Below are positions 59,329-64,000 of a stretch of DNA of 64,000 bases, in pieces (the stretch's first letter is position 1; each line of letters opens with the position of its first letter). The translations under genes were made by a program, and so were the position numbers. The notes below the pieces were generated by a model. The model was not told the DNA's origin. It saw nothing but the letters and a program-made list of their open reading frames with translations, and did not search any database. The DNA is from Gammaproteobacteria bacterium (GTDB lineage Bacteria > Pseudomonadota > Gammaproteobacteria > SZUA-229), in assembly GCA_029881035.1 (NCBI GenBank), contig JAOUNI010000004.1, forward strand, positions 7,924 through 71,923. Direction: 5' to 3'.

Positions 59329-60480
59329 ATGAAAAGTTTTCACAATATATTATTAGTTGCTAACTACGTATCAGATGTAGGCTATTCATGGCATTTAATG
59401 GAAGGTTTCTGGGCAGCCATTGCGAATAGATTTTCTACAGATAATAGAAAAGTTTATCTTGTATTCCCTGAAATTAACGAAATTTCACCAATTCTAAAGG
59501 ATGCTCCATTAGAAATTTGTGAGTTAGATTTTTCGTTGACGCTAGGTGCAAATAACAGCCTTGTAAAAAGATTTATTGAATCAAACAAGATAGGGTATAT
59601 CTATATCACAGCATACCCATATTATCACTTAAAATATATGGCGCTGAAGCGTTGGGGAGTTAAGAAAATAGTTCATCACGACCACTCGCCTGGCGAACGT
59701 GCCAAAATAAAAGGAGTAAAGCGATTAGCAAAAAAAGTTATCTTAAGTGCCCCCGGGGTTACTTGTGACTTATATATAGGCGTTTCTAAATTTGTTAGAG
59801 ACAGATTAATATCAAATGGTTGTCTCCCCCCATCTAAATGTAAATATATATTAAATGGCATATACCCTAGCAATGTTCCTACTGGTAGGTCAGACTATTC
59901 ACGCAAAGAATTTAATATCCCCATAGATGATATAGTAATCGTAACTACAGGGAGAGCAAGTTATTATAAAGGTATAGACTTTATAATTAACTGTGCAAAC
60001 TATTTAATTAACACGGAATGTTTTAATAATGTGAGCTTTTTATTTTGTGGTGACGGTCCAGATAAAAGTAAATTTATTGAACTAGTAAATGAACTAGGAA
60101 TAAGTAAAAAGTTTATTTTTGCTGGATACCGAAGAGATATCCCTAATATTTTAAAATCTTGTGATATTGCGTTTCATGCTTCAGAGGGAGAGGCGTTTTC
60201 ACTCTCTATACTAGAATATATGGATTCTGGTTGTGTTACGGTTGTTCCTGATAATTGCGGGAATAATGAAGCTGTCGTTCATAATAAAAATGGATTTCTA
60301 TATCCAACTAAAGATCTTCAAGTGGCAGTTAATATTCTTAAGAAATTAATAAACGACGCTGCGTTACGAGAAGAAATTGCCAGCACAGCTCAGAAAGATG
60401 TTAAATTATTTTTTGATATAAATCGTACCGAAAAAGAACTTGTTGAAATGCTGGTACCAGTCTTCAATGCTACTGATTAG
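59329..60480 (+). CDS. Glycosyltransferase family 4
   Basis: C-terminal GT4 E-x7-E region (ASEGEAFSLSILEYMDSGCVTVV). Confidence 0.8.
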   Translation: MKSFHNILLVANYVSDVGYSWHLMEGFWAAIANRFSTDNRKVYLVFPEINEISPILKDAPLEICELDFSLTLGANNSLVKRFIESNKIGYIYITAYPYYHLKYMALKRWGVKKIVHHDHSPGERAKIKGVKRLAKKVILSAPGVTCDLYIGVSKFVRDRLISNGCLPPSKCKYILNGIYPSNVPTGRSDYSRKEFNIPIDDIVIVTTGRASYYKGIDFIINCANYLINTECFNNVSFLFCGDGPDKSKFIELVNELGISKKFIFAGYRRDIPNILKSCDIAFHASEGEAFSLSILEYMDSGCVTVVPDNCGNNEAVVHNKNGFLYPTKDLQVAVNILKKLINDAALREEIASTAQKDVKLFFDINRTEKELVEMLVPVFNATD

Positions 60481-60540
60481 CAACACACGTAAGATATTTA
60501 GATGTATCTATAAGAGGAATTTTTATGACGGCGGATAATA

Positions 60541-61296
60541 ATGAGAAAAGAATTAGAAGAATATTTTCGTGAGATTCTTAAGAGCGACGCAACGGAAGAC
60601 AAAGAGGGAGCTCTTTCCTGGAGAATGTCTTGCTATGATTCCGGACAAGATATTGTCAACTATGTTGAAAATAATCACTTTCCACTTAAGCATAAAACGG
60701 TACTTGATTCTGCTTGCGCCTGGGGGAGTCATATTCTTTCATTTGGAGCAGCAGGAGCAGAAGTGTTTTGTGCAGACTTGAATGACCACTGTTATGATAA
60801 ATTACAGGATTTCGCTAAACAACAAAAAATAAGTCTCAAGATAAAACAGGCGAACTGTGAAACACTGCCATTTGATGATTGTTCGTTTGACCTGATACTT
60901 GGACTAGAGCTAATAGAGCATATTGAATCACCACAGAAATATGCATTTGAAGTCTCAAGATTGCTGCGTAAAGGAGGGATTTGCATTGTTACAACCCCCT
61001 CGAGATGGAAGTCAGTGTACTGGGGTGAGCCGCATTATAATATAAAGGGGCTTACACTTCTGCCATTCGTGACACAAAGATTTGTGGCAACTCATATATT
61101 TAGAAAAAAGTATCCTTTTCCAATTACACGTCAATATAACACCGCCAGCGCAGTTATGCAGCCATTTCTAAATGCTGGGCTTAGTGGCACGTCAAAAATT
61201 AACGGTATAATTGCAAAAAAGACCAAAAATATTCCATTATTAAACAATATAGCTAAAGAGTTACTCTGGGATTTCATAGTATTTGAAAAAAAATGA
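60541..61296 (+). CDS. Class I SAM-dependent methyltransferase
   Basis: Motif I (VLDSACAWG) and an acidic motif II (DLILGLE), with the LLRKGGICIV motif III. Confidence 0.7.
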   Translation: MRKELEEYFREILKSDATEDKEGALSWRMSCYDSGQDIVNYVENNHFPLKHKTVLDSACAWGSHILSFGAAGAEVFCADLNDHCYDKLQDFAKQQKISLKIKQANCETLPFDDCSFDLILGLELIEHIESPQKYAFEVSRLLRKGGICIVTTPSRWKSVYWGEPHYNIKGLTLLPFVTQRFVATHIFRKKYPFPITRQYNTASAVMQPFLNAGLSGTSKINGIIAKKTKNIPLLNNIAKELLWDFIVFEKK

Positions 61297-61677
61297 AATT
61301 GATCAATTTTCTGCATCTAGTGACCCTTGTGGCTCTAAAGTATAGATATAATTGAGACGTGTGCGTAAAGAGGTTTTTGACTAATGCTTAGTATATAATC
61401 TTTGAGAATGCTATTTCTCCCATACACTAAAATGATTTGATTATTAGGAATTCTAGATGTTGTTCATAGCATGGATTGTTCCAGATATACTGCCTGTTAG
61501 CCGTGCTATTACACATGATGATACTAGTTTCATTTATCAGAAAGATGATGTGGCGATAGTTGAGAAGTAAATATAGACACTTAAAAACTGACGCAGAATG
61601 ACAGAGTGGAAGCGAGTAAATATTCGAAATTATTGGCGGTTGTAATCTATAGACTGGACGAATGCGCATAGGGCTAT

Positions 61678-62667
61678 ATGGCAGAACCTATTAATGCTTA
61701 TAATTTGTATGATAGCGACATGAATAAACTCAAAATTAGCTTTATTATCCCTGCCTATAATGAAGAAGCACGTATTAAAACAACAATAGAAGAAATATTG
61801 AAATCGATTCCCGAAGGTTTTGATGCAGAAATTATTGTGGTGGATCATGGTTCGCAAGATAAGACGCGGGAGATTGTTAGTGAAATGTCCGTTCCAGTTA
61901 TGTTACATCCTGGTGGGACGATAGCAAGCTTACGAAATTTTGGCGTTAAACATGCTGTTGGCGATATTTTAGTTTTTGTTGATGCGGATGTGTTGTTGAC
62001 GGAGAGCTGGATGCATAGGTTTCAAGAGATTGCCCCATCATTGGCTTCAGGTAAGCAAATATTAACGGGATCTTGGGTAAGTGTGCCGGTGAATCCAAAC
62101 TGGATTGAAAAGAATTGGTTTAAACCTCTTCAAAAAGGTTCAAATACTCACATTAACAGTGGTCATATGATTATTTCAAAAAAATTATTTGATAAGATCG
62201 GCGGTTTTAATGAAGAGCTTGAAACAGGTGAGGATTTTGAAATATCTATGCGTGCCAAGTCGTTTGGACTTGATATTGTCGATGATGTACAACTGGTGGC
62301 GGTGCATGAAGGTTATCCACAGAATATTAAAGAATTTTTTCTTCGTGAGTTGTGGCATGGTAAAGGAGATGCATATACATTGTATTCACTTGTAACATCA
62401 AAGGTGGCTGTAGTAAGTTTGTTTTTTTTATGTTTGCATTTAATGTTTCTACATACATTTCTTTTCTCTGAAAAGATAATCTTACAGGCGTTTATCGCAG
62501 CAGCAATTTTTTTGATTGTTATGTTAGTGACAATTGCAAAATATAGATGTGCGACATTAAAAGAAATAATATGCAATATGTTTTTATATTATATCTATTT
62601 TTGGGCGAGGTCATTTTCATTAATGACATTATTTAGTAGAAAGAAACCAGTGAAACGAGAACGATAA
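61678..62667 (+). CDS. Glycosyltransferase family 2 with C-terminal TM helices. A likelier start is the ATG at 61720 (MNKLKISFIIPAYNEE).
   Basis: The N-terminal ISFIIPAYNEE and DAD (VFVDADV) motifs are typical of GT2. A hydrophobic C-terminal tail is present. Confidence 0.75.
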   Translation: MAEPINAYNLYDSDMNKLKISFIIPAYNEEARIKTTIEEILKSIPEGFDAEIIVVDHGSQDKTREIVSEMSVPVMLHPGGTIASLRNFGVKHAVGDILVFVDADVLLTESWMHRFQEIAPSLASGKQILTGSWVSVPVNPNWIEKNWFKPLQKGSNTHINSGHMIISKKLFDKIGGFNEELETGEDFEISMRAKSFGLDIVDDVQLVAVHEGYPQNIKEFFLRELWHGKGDAYTLYSLVTSKVAVVSLFFLCLHLMFLHTFLFSEKIILQAFIAAAIFLIVMLVTIAKYRCATLKEIICNMFLYYIYFWARSFSLMTLFSRKKPVKRER

Positions 62668-62713
62668 TGCATAGTTATTTGTTTATTTGTTGTGGAAATA
62701 GAAATTAACTTCT

Positions 62714-64000
62714 ATGTGTGGTATCGCAGGATTAATTGATCGTCATTCCAATATTGAAATACTAGCGAAAAAAGGAAGAGCGATGATGAAGATGCTTTAT
62801 CATCGTGGCCCTGACGGTGGGGATATATGGCTTGATGCTGCGAAAGGTATCGTCTTAAGCCATAGACGACTTGCGATACAAGATCTTTCTGATTACGGCA
62901 AACAACCTATGTTGTCTGCATCAAAGAGATATTGCGTGGTGTTTAATGGTGAGATATATAATTTTAAGGAGATTGCCTCTGATTTAAGCAAGCGTGGCCA
63001 TCAGTTTTCAGGCCAATCGGACACAGAAGTTCTGTTGTCCGCGATCGAAGAGTGGGGTCTTGTGGAAGCCGTTAAAAAATTTAACGGCATGTTTGCCTTT
63101 GCGCTTTGGGATCTAAAGAATAATAGTCTTCATTTATGCCGGGATCGGTTGGGTGAAAAGCCGCTGTATTATGGTTGGTTGGGCGAGATATTTTATTTTG
63201 CATCAGAATTAAAGGCAATTAATGCGGTTGTTGAAAAGAGTCAACTGGAGATTGATCTCACGGGGCTGTCTGATTTTTTTAAGTATGGGTATATAACAGC
63301 GCCAAATTCGATCTATAAACATCTCTATAAATTAGTACCGGGAACTATATTAACCATTCCTGCATTTACTTCAGAAGCAAAAAACCAGTTTTCATCATAC
63401 CCTGATACAGCGGCAATCAGCCCTATTACTTATTGGAGTGTTCATGGTTCTGCAAATAGCGGGCTTTCAAATTTAATCCAAAGTAAAGATGAAGCCATAG
63501 AGCAACTTGATGATGTTTTGCATCGTTCGGTTCGCCGACAAATGATTTCTGACGTGAAGATCGGTACATTTCTATCAGGCGGTATCGATTCAACAGTCGT
63601 GTCTGCGATCGCGCAGCATGAGAGTAATGAGAGAGTACGAACATATACCATTGGCTTTAGTGAAAAAGAATATGATGAATCTGCTTATGCAGAAAAAATA
63701 GCAAAACATCTTGGTACTGATCATCTGACGATGAGAGTACTGCCTGAAGATGTCCTCAATGTTGTGCCAGATCTGGCCACAATATACGATGAACCCTTTG
63801 CTGATTCTTCTCAGATACCATCTTATCTGGTCTCGAAGCTGGCGCGGGAACATGTAACAGTCTGCCTATCTGGTGATGGTGGTGATGAGCTTTTTGCAGG
63901 ATACAATCGTTATTATTGGACACAATCCTTGTGGAAGAAAATGTCGATACTTCCTTACCCGGTGAGACGGGTGGTAGGAGCAATATTGTCGACGCCTACC
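62714..64000 (+). CDS. Asparagine synthetase (glutamine-hydrolysing)-like amidotransferase, exosortase-locus-associated. It runs off the 3' edge.
   Basis: Translation from the ATG at 62714 gives MCGIAG... with the class-II glutamine amidotransferase N-terminal Cys, then the asparagine-synthase PP-loop SGGIDS. It is absent from the ORF track because it is edge-truncated. Confidence 0.85.
   Translation, partial: MCGIAGLIDRHSNIEILAKKGRAMMKMLYHRGPDGGDIWLDAAKGIVLSHRRLAIQDLSDYGKQPMLSASKRYCVVFNGEIYNFKEIASDLSKRGHQFSGQSDTEVLLSAIEEWGLVEAVKKFNGMFAFALWDLKNNSLHLCRDRLGEKPLYYGWLGEIFYFASELKAINAVVEKSQLEIDLTGLSDFFKYGYITAPNSIYKHLYKLVPGTILTIPAFTSEAKNQFSSYPDTAAISPITYWSVHGSANSGLSNLIQSKDEAIEQLDDVLHRSVRRQMISDVKIGTFLSGGIDSTVVSAIAQHESNERVRTYTIGFSEKEYDESAYAEKIAKHLGTDHLTMRVLPEDVLNVVPDLATIYDEPFADSSQIPSYLVSKLAREHVTVCLSGDGGDELFAGYNRYYWTQSLWKKMSILPYPVRRVVGAILSTPT

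Overview
This window is from an AT-rich (~40% GC) Gram-negative genome, probably a gammaproteobacterium. The first ~18.5 kb carries housekeeping and accessory genes on mixed strands. These are a truncated cation/H+ antiporter, plsB, a PLD-family protein, a HIT protein, pyruvate kinase, a sigma-54 regulator divergent from a sulfide:quinone oxidoreductase gene, an ornithine-decarboxylase-like gene, and a conspicuously GC-rich potFGHI polyamine ABC transporter. From ~19.4 kb to the window end lies a large XrtA (exosortase A)/PEP-CTERM exopolysaccharide locus. It contains the PEP-CTERM-locus ATPase, a UDP-sugar dehydrogenase, the priming sugar transferase, prsK/prsR two-component genes, an xrtA-epsI fusion, two PrsT-like TPR lipoproteins, three PEP-CTERM proteins, epsF/epsG (a split Wzz-type co-polymerase and a BY-kinase), an LMW phosphotyrosine phosphatase, three polysaccharide deacetylases, two FemAB-family proteins, an ATP-grasp enzyme, two GT4 and one GT2 glycosyltransferases, an O-antigen-ligase-like protein, an MBOAT and its partner, an acyltransferase-3, two sulfotransferase-like genes, a SAM methyltransferase and an asparagine-synthetase-like amidotransferase that runs off the 3' edge. 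Four observations stand out. (i) One FemAB-family protein carries an N-terminal coiled-coil whose residue spacing matches the tRNA-binding arm of seryl-tRNA synthetase. (ii) A 17-nt motif (TGTAAATa.TAGTGACA) sits upstream of near-consensus sigma-54 promoters at all three PEP-CTERM genes and is a candidate PrsR box. (iii) The deacetylase+FemAB pair is duplicated and clustered with an ATP-grasp enzyme and the amidotransferase, which suggests tRNA-dependent amino-acid decoration of the polymer. (iv) The sulfotransferases, MBOAT, acyltransferase and methyltransferase point to a sulfated, O-acylated and methylated polysaccharide. Every call rests on reading the translated ORFs and the DNA; no database searches were run.
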